From a virus: a DNA stretch of 64,000 bases. The position numbers were made by a program, and so were the translations under genes. The stretch covers positions 1-64,000 of the IMG/VR virus record IMGVR_UViG_3300034200_001896. One strand, 5' to 3'. Each line of letters begins with the position of its first letter. The stretch's first letter is position 1. Of this stretch, positions 48,341-57,349 are shown in pieces. Below the pieces are notes generated by a model. It saw only the letters and a list, made by a program, of their open reading frames with translations, had not been told where the DNA came from and searched no databases.

Positions 48341-48463
48341 AAAATATTGCCAGCCGCCTGCCTGTCAAGCTCTTTCTGATGGGTGTCACATCCATGCGAC
48401 TGTCACCCGAACGTGACACCTAAAAACCGGAAGCTTGCACGTACGGGGAAGAGCAGCTATATT
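48341..48463. promoter_or_regulatory. Double operator with divergent promoters (module 7)
   Basis: Minus TTGACA at 48368; sites 48384-401 and 48401-418; TTGCAC-17-TATATT-6-ATG 48470. Confidence 0.85.
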
Positions 48464-48469
48464 ATGTGC

Positions 48470-48637
48470 ATGAACGACGAACACATGTGCGAGCGGTGCG
48501 GTGAGGAACCTGCCTCTAATCTTTTGGAGCATACGCTGTATGCGGAAGCGGTTTGCGGATTGTGCCTGAAGGATGAACGGGAGCACCACGAAAATGAAAA
48601 CGTTCTTTACATGGAGGATTATCGGGCAGCGATGTGA
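48470..48637 (+). CDS. Small Zn-finger protein; predicted leaderless
   Basis: CERCG...CGLC. Confidence 0.65.
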   Translation: MNDEHMCERCGEEPASNLLEHTLYAEAVCGLCLKDEREHHENENVLYMEDYRAAM

Positions 48638-48697
48638 AACCTGAAGGCGACAGGTAGAAAAAGGTAGCTTGCAAAAAACCGGAACCCGTGAGATAAT
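48635..48697 (+). promoter_or_regulatory. Operator-promoter module 8
   Basis: TGAAAC-CTGAAG-GCGACA, 16 nt, TTGCAA-17-GATAAT-7-ATG. Confidence 0.75.
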
Positions 48698-48704
48698 AAC
48701 CGCC

Positions 48705-49174
48705 ATGAACGACAACATCCAGTGGACGAACGATGCGACGGCCAATGTGGCAAAGTGGATTGACCGTGACCCTGCCTTCTACAACGTTGCAAAGAATAAT
48801 GCGAAGGGACGGCAGCCGTATCTGAACCTGCGTTCATGGATGAAGGAACTGGGTTTCCATAAGACTCCTGACCAGATTTCTTTTTTTGATTCCACGCTTG
48901 ACATTCGGCAGCTCAATCTTTTCATCAAGGAGCTTTAATCATGGCTGATACCTCTTACAACGGTTGGACGAACTACGAGACTTGGAACGTTGCGCTGTAT
49001 ATCCAGAACGAGGAGCCGCTTTATAGGATTGCCTTGCGGAGTGATGATTATGCTGATTTCCTTAGAGAGTCAGAACATATCCGTGGAGTGAACACTCCTG
49101 ATGGTGTACAATGGGATAGCGGAGAGCTTGATTGGGATGAGCTTGATGATATGATTGTGGAGCTTCGCTCTTGA
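48705..49174 (+). CDS. Two paralogous small proteins of the YNGWTNYETW family (48705-48938, 48941-49174)
   Basis: WTNDATANVAKWI...TPD and YNGWTNYETWNVALYI...TPDG. Confidence 0.75.
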
Positions 49175-49241
49175 TTCATCGTAGCAACGCAATCTTTTTC
49201 ATTCCCTCGCTGTATATTCCTGTTGGGATTATCGCTTATCT

Positions 49242-49448
49242 TTGGAGGATACATTGATTATTAATCTGAACGACTTTCGCAAGCTGCACGGTATTGACAA
49301 TCAAACTGACTTTTGGAATCTGTTGACGGATTGGAGTGAGAGTGCTAGCGTTCCCGCTATGTGCTCTCAGCTGTGTGAGGTTTCCCCTGATGCGAAGTGC
49401 GAGCATGGTGCTCCCAGTATCATTGTGCGTGTGATTGGAGAGAACTGA
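49242..49448 (+). CDS. Small Cys/His protein
   Basis: VPAMCSQLCEVSPDAKCEHGAPSI. Confidence 0.6.
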   Translation: MEDTLIINLNDFRKLHGIDNQTDFWNLLTDWSESASVPAMCSQLCEVSPDAKCEHGAPSIIVRVIGEN

Positions 49449-49546
49449 TATACATTGCCCCGCTGCCCTGTTAATGACAGGGTTTGCCCGGGCTGGATTG
49501 CGCGAGGGACAATATTCAGCGCGGCAATATTTCCCAGCCCCCGGCA

Positions 49547-49747
49547 AGTCAAGTGGAAAGTTCACGGTGTCACCGGCTGGTTACTGTCACCCGAACGTGA
49601 CACCTAAAAAAGAGGTTGCTTGCCAAGTGAGGCAGGGTGTGAGAATATATGTCCCGTTGATGCAGCACGGGTGAGCGGTGAAGGTGAAACCCGGAAGTGA
49701 CACCCTGAAAAAAGAAGCTTGCAGGTTCGAAGGTTCCACGGTATAAT
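49547..49747. promoter_or_regulatory. Operator-promoter modules 9 (double, divergent) and 10
   Basis: Sites 49568-85, 49585-602, then TTGCCA-17-GAATAT; site 49685-702, 16 nt, TTGCAG-17-TATAAT. Confidence 0.85.
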
Positions 49748-49778
49748 AAGCGCAACCCAAACGAAAGGTAACAAAACA

Positions 49779-50078
49779 ATGTCCAAGTCCTCTTCTGTGT
49801 TCGTGGTTGACGGTGGTGATTACTATCAGGATGTGCGTGGTGCTTTTACTTCGCTCGATGCTGCGAAGGATTATGTTCTCTCTGATATTCTTCTGGACGT
49901 GCTGGATGGTGACGAGTATGTGGACACCATGAAGTCGGTTGTTCTTGAGTATCAGGGTGGCGACCTTGTAAACCGGTTTGAGGTTTCCTGTCAGGGCTTT
50001 GACTTCGACGTGTGCAAGGTGACGAACAAGAACAAGGTGTTGGAGTCGCTGGACCTGAAGTGTGAAACCGTGCGGTGA
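49779..50078 (+). CDS. Hypothetical protein
   Basis: RBS GAAAGG; stop codon lies inside operator module 11. Confidence 0.65.
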   Translation: MSKSSSVFVVDGGDYYQDVRGAFTSLDAAKDYVLSDILLDVLDGDEYVDTMKSVVLEYQGGDLVNRFEVSCQGFDFDVCKVTNKNKVLESLDLKCETVR

Positions 50079-50125
50079 CACTCCGCAAGTAGCAGGTTGC
50101 ATCCCGTCCCGTCCTGCTGTATATT
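50063..50125 (+). promoter_or_regulatory. Operator-promoter module 11
   Basis: TGAAAC-CGTGCG-GTGACA, 16 nt, TTGCAT-17-TATATT. Confidence 0.8.
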
Positions 50126-50156
50126 ATCACCACACTAACCGAAAGGCAGAAACAGA

Positions 50157-50895
50157 ATGATTACCCGTCAGCTTGGCATCGTTGTGGAGAATCAGAAGGA
50201 TTGGACGCTGGATGCTCTCCTTAATCAGTCCTGTATGAAGGCAACGCATTGCGTCAATGCCGAAGACCCTCACGGTGAGCCTGCCCGTGTTTGGGCAGAG
50301 GGTGAGGGACACGCAGACAACATTGCCAAGTTTCTTGTTTCGTATGGTTACACCATCATTGACACGGAGGAGGTTTGATTAGTGAATGACAAGCGTATGA
50401 TTTTCTCGCCTTTGACCCATGAACAATGGGGTACGCTTAAGTATTGTCACAAGTGCGGGAAACAGGAACGCTTGTATTTGCTGGAGGGTGACCTTTGTTT
50501 TGGTTATGTTTTCTGCGCTAAATGTTTCAGCGAACTAGCCCCCGCTATTAGCGCAAGGCTAGACGAACAGATTAGGGATGCAAAGATTGGCATGGTTGTG
50601 TTAGTAGTTTTGGTTTTGCTCACCATTTACTTTAGGGGTTAACATCATGGCTCGCAAGATGAAGCGGATTGACGGTAAGAGTGTTGTGACGGTTCATGCT
50701 TTCGGTGTCACGAAGCACTTCTGGGAGTATTATATCCTTGATAATGCTAAGACTGATTATCGTCTGGCGTTGGTGGAAGGATTTGAGCAGGAGATGGGTG
50801 ACATTAGCATGAGTGAGATTAAGCCTTATCTCCTGTCATTCACTCATGATGTGTCTGAAATTGCTCCTGCTCCCGGTTGGGAATGGATTGACTAA
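50157..50895 (+). CDS. Three small ORFs (50157-50378; 50382-50642 Zn-finger plus TM; 50647-50895 DUF2958-like)
   Basis: CHKC..CAKC plus TM helix; LVEGFEQEMGDISMSEI. Confidence 0.65.
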
Positions 50896-50939
50896 GCTGT
50901 GCCGTTTCGGGTGCTGTCCTGCCCGAAATTCGGCGCGCA

Positions 50940-51062
50940 GCTTTATTCCCAGCCCCCGGTTTGTCAAGAAGAAAGCGCAGGGTGTCACACGAAAGTTACT
51001 GTCACCCGGATGTGACACCCGGAAACAGGAAGCTTGCACGTAGCAGGAAACAGGCGTATATT
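50940..51062. promoter_or_regulatory. Double operator with divergent promoters (module 12)
   Basis: Minus TTGACA at 50967; sites 50983-51000 and 51000-017; TTGCAC-17-TATATT-6-ATG 51069. Confidence 0.85.
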
Positions 51063-51068
51063 ATGGGC

Positions 51069-51389
51069 ATGAACACGACAAAGCGGACAGCGTGGGTTGT
51101 GGGCAACGGCAAGCGGTTCCTTATTGAAAAGGATACGCTCGGTAAGTTTGATAAGGCTATCTTCTATCAAAGCAAGGAAGGTGCTTACCGTGCGTTGGAT
51201 AGGCTTCACCGCACGCACGCTGATACAAAGCAACACCTTGCGGAAGTTCTCCAGCGTGGTTATGTTGCTGATTATATCCTGAATGAGAGTGAAAGTGGGC
51301 AACGCTTTATTGCACGCTATAGGAAGTACATCCGTTATAATAACCCGAAGGACTGCAATCCAATGAAGGTGACTGTCACGCTTGGGTGA
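51069..51389 (+). CDS. Hypothetical protein; predicted leaderless
   Basis: ATG 6 nt after the -10 box; stop codon lies inside operator 13. Confidence 0.65.
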   Translation: MNTTKRTAWVVGNGKRFLIEKDTLGKFDKAIFYQSKEGAYRALDRLHRTHADTKQHLAEVLQRGYVADYILNESESGQRFIARYRKYIRYNNPKDCNPMKVTVTLG

Positions 51390-51436
51390 CAGGTAGAAAA
51401 AAGGAAGTTGCAGTTTCCCCTAACCTGTGAGACTAT
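51374..51436 (+). promoter_or_regulatory. Operator-promoter module 13
   Basis: TGTCAC-GCTTGG-GTGACA, 16 nt, TTGCAG-17-GACTAT-7-ATG. Confidence 0.85.
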
Positions 51437-51443
51437 ATACCCC

Positions 51444-52563
51444 ATGAACGAAACCACTACTGCCACTGAGTCGATTGCCGCTGTTGATACTGTGCTTCCC
51501 GGTTTTGAGGTTGTCCAGATTCCTGTTGAGGTTGAGCCTGTGAAGCCGGACCTTGATGCCGTGTGCTACACGATGAACGCAGCGGAGGTTGATTGTCAGC
51601 AGGCTTTGTTCCAGATTGTTGATATCATGCGAAACCTTAGCAAGTCGCTGAATGACCTTGATAATGCAATCGAGATTGTGGAGTCTAACCTTGAGCGGGA
51701 GGATTGTTAATATGGCTAAGAGCAAGGCAAGCGTTGTGCATTTGCAGGTCACGCAGGAACAGGCAGACGCATTGGTGGCAGCAATGGATGCCGTAAAGGA
51801 AACGCTGGAACGTACAACGCCAAAGGGCAAGCTGTATCAGGAGAACCTTTACAATGCCCAGCGGATTATCACTGACCAGATTATAGGAAAGGGAGTGCTG
51901 AACTAATGGATAAGATTGCCAATGCGGTTGAGACTAGCCCCCAGTTCCAAGGTCATAAGCGTGTGCTGCGTGCGAGGGGTTGGAATGAAGATAGGATTAA
52001 CAAGTTTCTTTATGATGCGATGACTCATCTTATTGCCATCAACGAAAAGGAAAAGGGGAACATTCAATAATGAATAAGATTGATAAGCATGAGTTGAATG
52101 AGTTGGTTCAAGGTGGTCTGACTGCGATTGGTATTGTTATCCTTACTGTTGGTCTTCTCTACTTTGGTTATGCGATGGGGTATTAATGATTGACTATAAC
52201 CTGCAACAGATTAGACTTACCCTTCAACGCCTGAATGATATGTGGAGCTTTGCTGATTCTCCAATGACATATCAAGTTGACATGCTGTTGCGCATCACTC
52301 CAACTGAACCGGTGGAGAATATCCTTTATGCTATTCGTGGATATGGTTGTTTATCTGCTGCTGCTGGTTACCATATCGAGCAAGGCATCAACCCTCCTGA
52401 TGAATGGACTAGATTGTTCAGCCAGTGTGGACAGCGATTGATGTTTGACTTGCCAGAGAACCTAAAGTATTTTGATAGGCGAAGGTTTGAAAAGCAAGCC
52501 GCCAAAAACTTCATGGTTGGCTTTAACACTTGCACCCCCTCCCCCTCCTCCGGGGGGAGGTGA
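51444..52563 (+). CDS. Operon of small hypothetical ORFs (51444-51710, 51712-51906, 51906-52070, 52186-52563)
   Basis: Tightly coupled ORFs with RBS or TAATG overlaps. Confidence 0.6.
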
Positions 52564-52715
52564 TGTGTCCTGTTTACCGGAATCTATGTCTGCCCGAGAA
52601 ATGTTGTATGTGTTTAAGGGCGCTAGGGTCGTAAATAAACCCCGGACCAAAAATTGGAAATTTCTTGTTTTTCTTGAAAAGTGTGGCATACTAAAAAAAT
52701 CCTCGGAAAAAATTT

Positions 52716-53215
52716 ATGGAAAATCTCAATCTAATCGGACGTTTAATAGCCTTCCACACCAATTTTGCAAGAACAAAAATAATATTGGGTGTAGTATCTG
52801 ATACACGGATGGTGACATCAAAAAACTTATTTGGCTTTAAAAAACAAATAACAGAATATAAGATTGTTTGGCAGGATAAGGAATATGACGATACATGGAC
52901 AACAGAAAATGGCATTAAAACAGGCGCAGAAATATTAAATAACTATAAAAATTTATGAAAAACTCATCCATCAAAGTAGGTGACCTTGTGCTTTGCAAGG
53001 CAAAAATAGACCCAAGTTATGATTTTGAAGATAAAAATATAAAACTTGTGATTGGGTGGATAACAAAAAAAACTACAACTACTTTTATGGATGGTAAATT
53101 TACAATTTTCCATGTACAATGGAGCGACAAAGAAACAGATGGTGAATTAAAAGAGGAAGATGCACTATCGGTACGTAATTTTTTCTTAAAAATGCGAAAG
53201 GAATGGGGTATTTAA
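52716..53215 (+). CDS. Two SH3/KOW-like paralogs (52716-52958, 52955-53215)
   Basis: IGRLI...GVV...YKIVW; VGDLV...GWI...VQW...FLKMRKEWGI. Confidence 0.75.
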
Positions 53216-53216
53216 A

Positions 53217-53393
53217 ATGGCTACTTGTTTTAAGTGCATGTCTAAAATTGATGCTTGGGCTAGAGTTTGTCCGTATTGCACTAGAGATGTATATAGTATC
53301 AGCAGCTCATCAGGGGGTTCTTCCGCTCAAAGCGAAGGAATATTTTCATTAGTAATTTTGATTATCATAGTTGGCATGGCTATATTTAAATAA
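53217..53393 (+). CDS. Zn-ribbon plus TM small protein (not in ORF track)
   Basis: CFKC...CPYC, hydrophobic C-terminus. Confidence 0.6.
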   Translation: MATCFKCMSKIDAWARVCPYCTRDVYSISSSSGGSSAQSEGIFSLVILIIIVGMAIFK

Positions 53394-53462
53394 ATTTTTC
53401 TATTTAAAAAGACCCATATGCATGGGTAGTAGAAACCCCATCATCGATGCTAAATCCCCTAC

Positions 53463-53497
53463 GGGTTGCTAATTACTATTAGCAACCCTATTTTATT
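53463..53497 (+). terminator. Intrinsic terminator
   Basis: GGGTTGCTAAT-TACT-ATTAGCAACCC-TATTTT. Confidence 0.7.
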
Positions 53498-53552
53498 TGC
53501 ATCAGAAAGGCCGTAGATTTGCGTACAAACGATTCTTTGAGGACAGGGCAAC

Positions 53553-54412
53553 TTGGACACGTTCAACGAAAAGAGCATTTCTATAGGCGCTTTAGTGCGT
53601 ATAAAGGTGCATGGAGCAAAGCGCTATCTTGGCATCGTCACGGAACGCATTTGGCACGGCAATGCTAAAAAACTAGGTTATACTGTTTACTTGATGGAAC
53701 TGGAAGCTAGCATCATGATGTTCGACCATGAATTTGAGGTTTTAAGTGATAAAGTATCGTAATCCAATAGCAATTGGTGCTTTAGTAAAAGATAAAAGCA
53801 CAAAACGCCTAGCAATCATTCTAGATAAAATGAGCACTAGCGAATGGGAGCGAACTGATAAAGATAATGAATTCAATGCTGGAATAGTTTATGGCATGCA
53901 ATTTATGGACGGAATAGGACCGTTTAAGACATATCGGTACGCTTATGAGGTAGAAGTACTAAGTCGAGGAAAGGAGAATGGATAGAAAGGTAATAGATTT
54001 TAAAATAGGTGACCTTGTTTACCTAAACATAGAAAATGGCGACGGTGGGATGGGGATGGTTATAAGCGATATAGTTTATACGGAAATAGAGTTTTATTAT
54101 GCTGTTTTCTCCATGCGGGAAAATAAAATCATAATTGCGTTCCCTTATGAATTGGAATTAGTACGTGGCTAACTATTTATATGTATGGGGAACAAAAGAA
54201 TCATTCCAGACGTTCATATACCAATTGGTGCGCTTGTGAGAGTTAATATCATAAAGCGTAGAGAAGATTTAGCCGTTGTTGTAGATAAAAACGTTGGCTT
54301 ACTTGAAAACTGTTGGTATATGGTCCATAGCTTAAGCACTGGTAAAGAATATATGGCATATCCTCATGAACTTGTTTGGTTAACTAAGGAAAGGGATGGT
54401 GAAAGCGGGTAA
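53553..54412 (+). CDS. Four SH3/KOW-like paralogs ending in (Y/F)xxE(L/F/V) (53553, 53746, 53978, 54185)
   Basis: IG(A/D)LV...(G/A)(I/M/V)V...Y..EL/EV. Confidence 0.75.
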
Positions 54413-54452
54413 CGTCTTAAAACGCCTATATTACATACGGAGGGATTTCTTC

Positions 54453-54980
54453 ATGAAAAGTGGAACAACAGTATATTATGATTTGGTGCATGCAATAAAA
54501 GAAGAATTTCCCGATTTTGAAGTTATCCCTAAACTTAACAGTAAACTCATGTGGGCATGCTATTATTTTGGCCTTATGCGTTTCTGGAATCCCTATTTCA
54601 TGGAACGTTATATTACAACCGCATTTGGCAAGGTTTATATGCCCGCTGAGTTGATTGGAACTGAAATAGGAGCGGACGTATTGCGTCATGAATTGGTGCA
54701 TTTGCGTGATGCAAAACGTTGGGGAATCCTGTTTTATTCATCCTATCTCTTATTTCCGCTACCCGCCATTTTTACCATGAGAGCGTATTGGGAATATCGC
54801 GGTTATTGCGAAAGTCTACGTTGCGAATATGAGCGCTATGGCGTAGTTTATAGCGAAAGTTTAAATTATTATGTTTCCCTTTTCACCGGTCCTGCCTATT
54901 TATGGATGTGTCCATTCCAAGATTTTATAATGGGACAATTTGTTGCTTTTTGCAAAAAAGAAGGGATAAGGATTGTATAA
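54453..54980 (+). CDS. Zn-metallopeptidase-like protein (HExxH)
   Basis: LRHELVHL...WEYRGY; RBS GGAGG. Confidence 0.7.
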   Translation: MKSGTTVYYDLVHAIKEEFPDFEVIPKLNSKLMWACYYFGLMRFWNPYFMERYITTAFGKVYMPAELIGTEIGADVLRHELVHLRDAKRWGILFYSSYLLFPLPAIFTMRAYWEYRGYCESLRCEYERYGVVYSESLNYYVSLFTGPAYLWMCPFQDFIMGQFVAFCKKEGIRIV

Positions 54981-54981
54981 T

Positions 54982-55302
54982 ATGAAAAAAAGTATGCTTT
55001 TGGCACGTCCAACTTTAGCTGAATTAAAAGAAAATGTCACCTTGAATGACAAACCAATTAATAAACACGGCGTTGATAGCGATAGTGAACTGTTTTCTAA
55101 ATTAGAAAGTATTGCTCATGAATTAGAACAAGTAAATGTAAATTTAGGTGGTCATCAATTGTTAAAAGCATTGCATACACGCATGGTAGATGTTTTAAAA
55201 GACATTGAGCCATCATACGATTATTCCTATCAAGATGGCGGTGAAGAGGGACAAGAAACACCTGAAGAAGAATATGAATTTAGCGAAGAAGATTTTGAAT
55301 AA
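54982..55302 (+). CDS. Hypothetical protein with acidic tail
   Basis: Coupled ORF. Confidence 0.6.
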   Translation: MKKSMLLARPTLAELKENVTLNDKPINKHGVDSDSELFSKLESIAHELEQVNVNLGGHQLLKALHTRMVDVLKDIEPSYDYSYQDGGEEGQETPEEEYEFSEEDFE

Positions 55303-55416
55303 TTTAAAGGCGCTAGTCCTGTTTCTTATTATATTGCCTTATTGGTTAGTTAGGGAAATAAAAAACAGAAAGTAGGAAGTAAAATAGTTTTAGGCCGCTT
55401 CGCGGTTTGCGCCTCC

Positions 55417-55438
55417 AAGCCCCCTTTGGGGGCTTTTT
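55417..55438 (+). terminator. Intrinsic terminator
   Basis: AAGCCCCC-TTT-GGGGGCTT-TTT. Confidence 0.75.
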
Positions 55439-55463
55439 CATTATTTTCAACTACTTATATATT

Positions 55464-55894
55464 ATGGCATTCCGTAGACCATGTTATGTAAAGGTAGGTG
55501 ATTTAGTTCGTACCCGTGGAGATTTAGATATCTACGGATATGTTACATATATTGATGGTAACAGCGAAACTGGTGAATATTACGTAGAAATAGTTTTCGA
55601 TGAGGACGCTGACCCATTGTATTTTTATGATGACCAACTGGAAGTATTAACGGTAATTAAAGAATAATGGAACATAACATAGGCGATTTGCTCCTTGCAC
55701 ACACCGTTGATGGTGGTATAATGTTTGGAATAATAACAAAGATAGATGAATCTTTATTTGACAAAAATTTTAACTTATACACCGTAACTTGGTTTCAAAA
55801 AAATAATATTCAAGATACCCGTGACTATACATACAACAACATAACTCGTTTGAAAAAAAATTTAGAAGATTATTTTAATAACGATAGGGTTTAA
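55464..55894 (+). CDS. Two SH3/KOW-like paralogs (55464-55667, 55667-55894)
   Basis: VGDLV...GYV; IGDLL...GII...YTVTW. Confidence 0.75.
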
Positions 55895-56074
55895 ATATGA
55901 GTTCTGAACAATTAGATAATTTAGTTAAACTTTCTAAGCATTTTATTTCTATTTGTATTATTTGTTTATCACTATTAATAATTTGTAAAGTTGCTTACTC
56001 ATATTGGATAGACCCACCACAAAAACCTCAACCACGTTTTAAAAATACATTACAAAGAGATATAAATCCATAAT

Positions 56075-56710
56075 ATGAAAAAATTTTTTTTGATTCTGAC
56101 GGCTGTTTTATCACTTGGCGTTGCTCCTGCGCCAATCATGAAGCCCTTGATGTGGGAACAAAAAAATCCTAAAAGAAATAAATGGAGTGAATTTACATTT
56201 CAACAAATATATCGTAATTTTGATTCTTTTAATAAAGTAAAAGACATGGATTTTTTTTGTCCAAATTACAATAATTTAAATCGGGACGAACGAGTTAATG
56301 TTTGGGGTCAATTAATAGCAGCAATGTCTTGGTATGAAAGCGGTCACAATCCAAAAGCCAGATTACCGCAACCAAGCTTAGGTATAGACCCTGTTACTAA
56401 TCAATATACATGCGCCGAAGGTTTATTACAATTAGGCTATGCTGATACAATGTGGCATTCGTATTGTGATTTTGATTGGTCGCAAGATATACAATTTGAT
56501 ATAACGGACGGTAGAAAAACCACTTTTGACCCATATATTAATTTAAAATGCGGTATTGGCATTCTTGCTAATCAAATTGATAAATATGGTAAAATAGTAT
56601 TAACTCGCGGCGCTTATTGGTCTGTATTAAAAGATGGACATAAAAATAGTAGATTAGAAGGAATAAGAAAAATAGTTAGTAACTATGAAATGTGTAAATT
56701 AAATGAATAA
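56075..56710 (+). CDS. Secreted lytic transglycosylase (SLT domain)
   Basis: Signal peptide; WYESGHNP (catalytic Glu), EGLLQL, DPYINLKCGIGIL, YWSVL. Confidence 0.85.
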   Translation: MKKFFLILTAVLSLGVAPAPIMKPLMWEQKNPKRNKWSEFTFQQIYRNFDSFNKVKDMDFFCPNYNNLNRDERVNVWGQLIAAMSWYESGHNPKARLPQPSLGIDPVTNQYTCAEGLLQLGYADTMWHSYCDFDWSQDIQFDITDGRKTTFDPYINLKCGIGILANQIDKYGKIVLTRGAYWSVLKDGHKNSRLEGIRKIVSNYEMCKLNE

Positions 56711-57026
56711 TAATATAAAAATAACGTTAGTAGCAATTTGTTTAATAAGTAATGGAATATTTGCCGCTTTTTTGTCAAAATCTATTAGACTTGGAAACAC
56801 GGCTTGGTATTGGTCATACTTGACTAGCTTCATTAGTGCTTCAGTGTTTGCTTATCAATTAAAAGAAAAATTACTACCATTAACTGTTACATCAGTATTT
56901 CAAACTTTCTTTTTTCATGCCGCTTGGTACGCAACAGCATTTTTTATTTTATCGAATGAATTACAAGGTCATAAATTGTTTGGTCTTATATTGGCATTTT
57001 GTGGTATGATAATAATGAGTTTGTAA
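56703..57026 (+). CDS. Four-TM small membrane protein (SMR/DMT-like)
   Basis: Four hydrophobic segments; KLFGLILAFCGMIIM end. Confidence 0.6.
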   Translation: MNNNIKITLVAICLISNGIFAAFLSKSIRLGNTAWYWSYLTSFISASVFAYQLKEKLLPLTVTSVFQTFFFHAAWYATAFFILSNELQGHKLFGLILAFCGMIIMSL

Positions 57027-57037
57027 AGGGGAACTAT

Positions 57038-57286
57038 ATGGGACTAACACAAACACAAATTGAAAATGCTAAAAATGTAGCATGTGAAAAATGCGGAAAT
57101 GAAATTTTAAAACAAGTTTATGTTATTAAATCAATTTCTGCTTTATTAACTGGGGAGTCTAAAGATACTTATATTCCAGTACCAATATTTGCATGCAATG
57201 ATTGCAATCATGTTAATGAAATATTTTGCAAAGACTTAAATATCTCTTCCAAAATAAATAAATCTGTTCTTCATGTAACAGTATAA
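57038..57286 (+). CDS. Zn-ribbon protein
   Basis: CEKCGN...KSISALLTG...FACNDCNHVN. Confidence 0.7.
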   Translation: MGLTQTQIENAKNVACEKCGNEILKQVYVIKSISALLTGESKDTYIPVPIFACNDCNHVNEIFCKDLNISSKINKSVLHVTV

Positions 57287-57349
57287 TTATTTTAGATTGA
57301 TACCTAGGTAAAACTCATGTATGATGGCAAGACGACTGGAGATTTAAGT

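Noticed and set aside
35081-51391. Canonical CRP, FNR, parS or LexA sites
   Set aside because: The consensus differs from TGTGA-N6-TCACA, TTGAT-N4-ATCAA, TGTTTCACGTGAAACA and CTGT-N8-ACAG
35233-51444. Long N-terminal extensions in the ORF track (35233, 38887, 47547, 48383, 48669, 49719, 50961, 51408) and shared peptides such as CHPNVTPK
   Set aside because: They translate the repeated operator-promoter DNA; the likely starts are downstream
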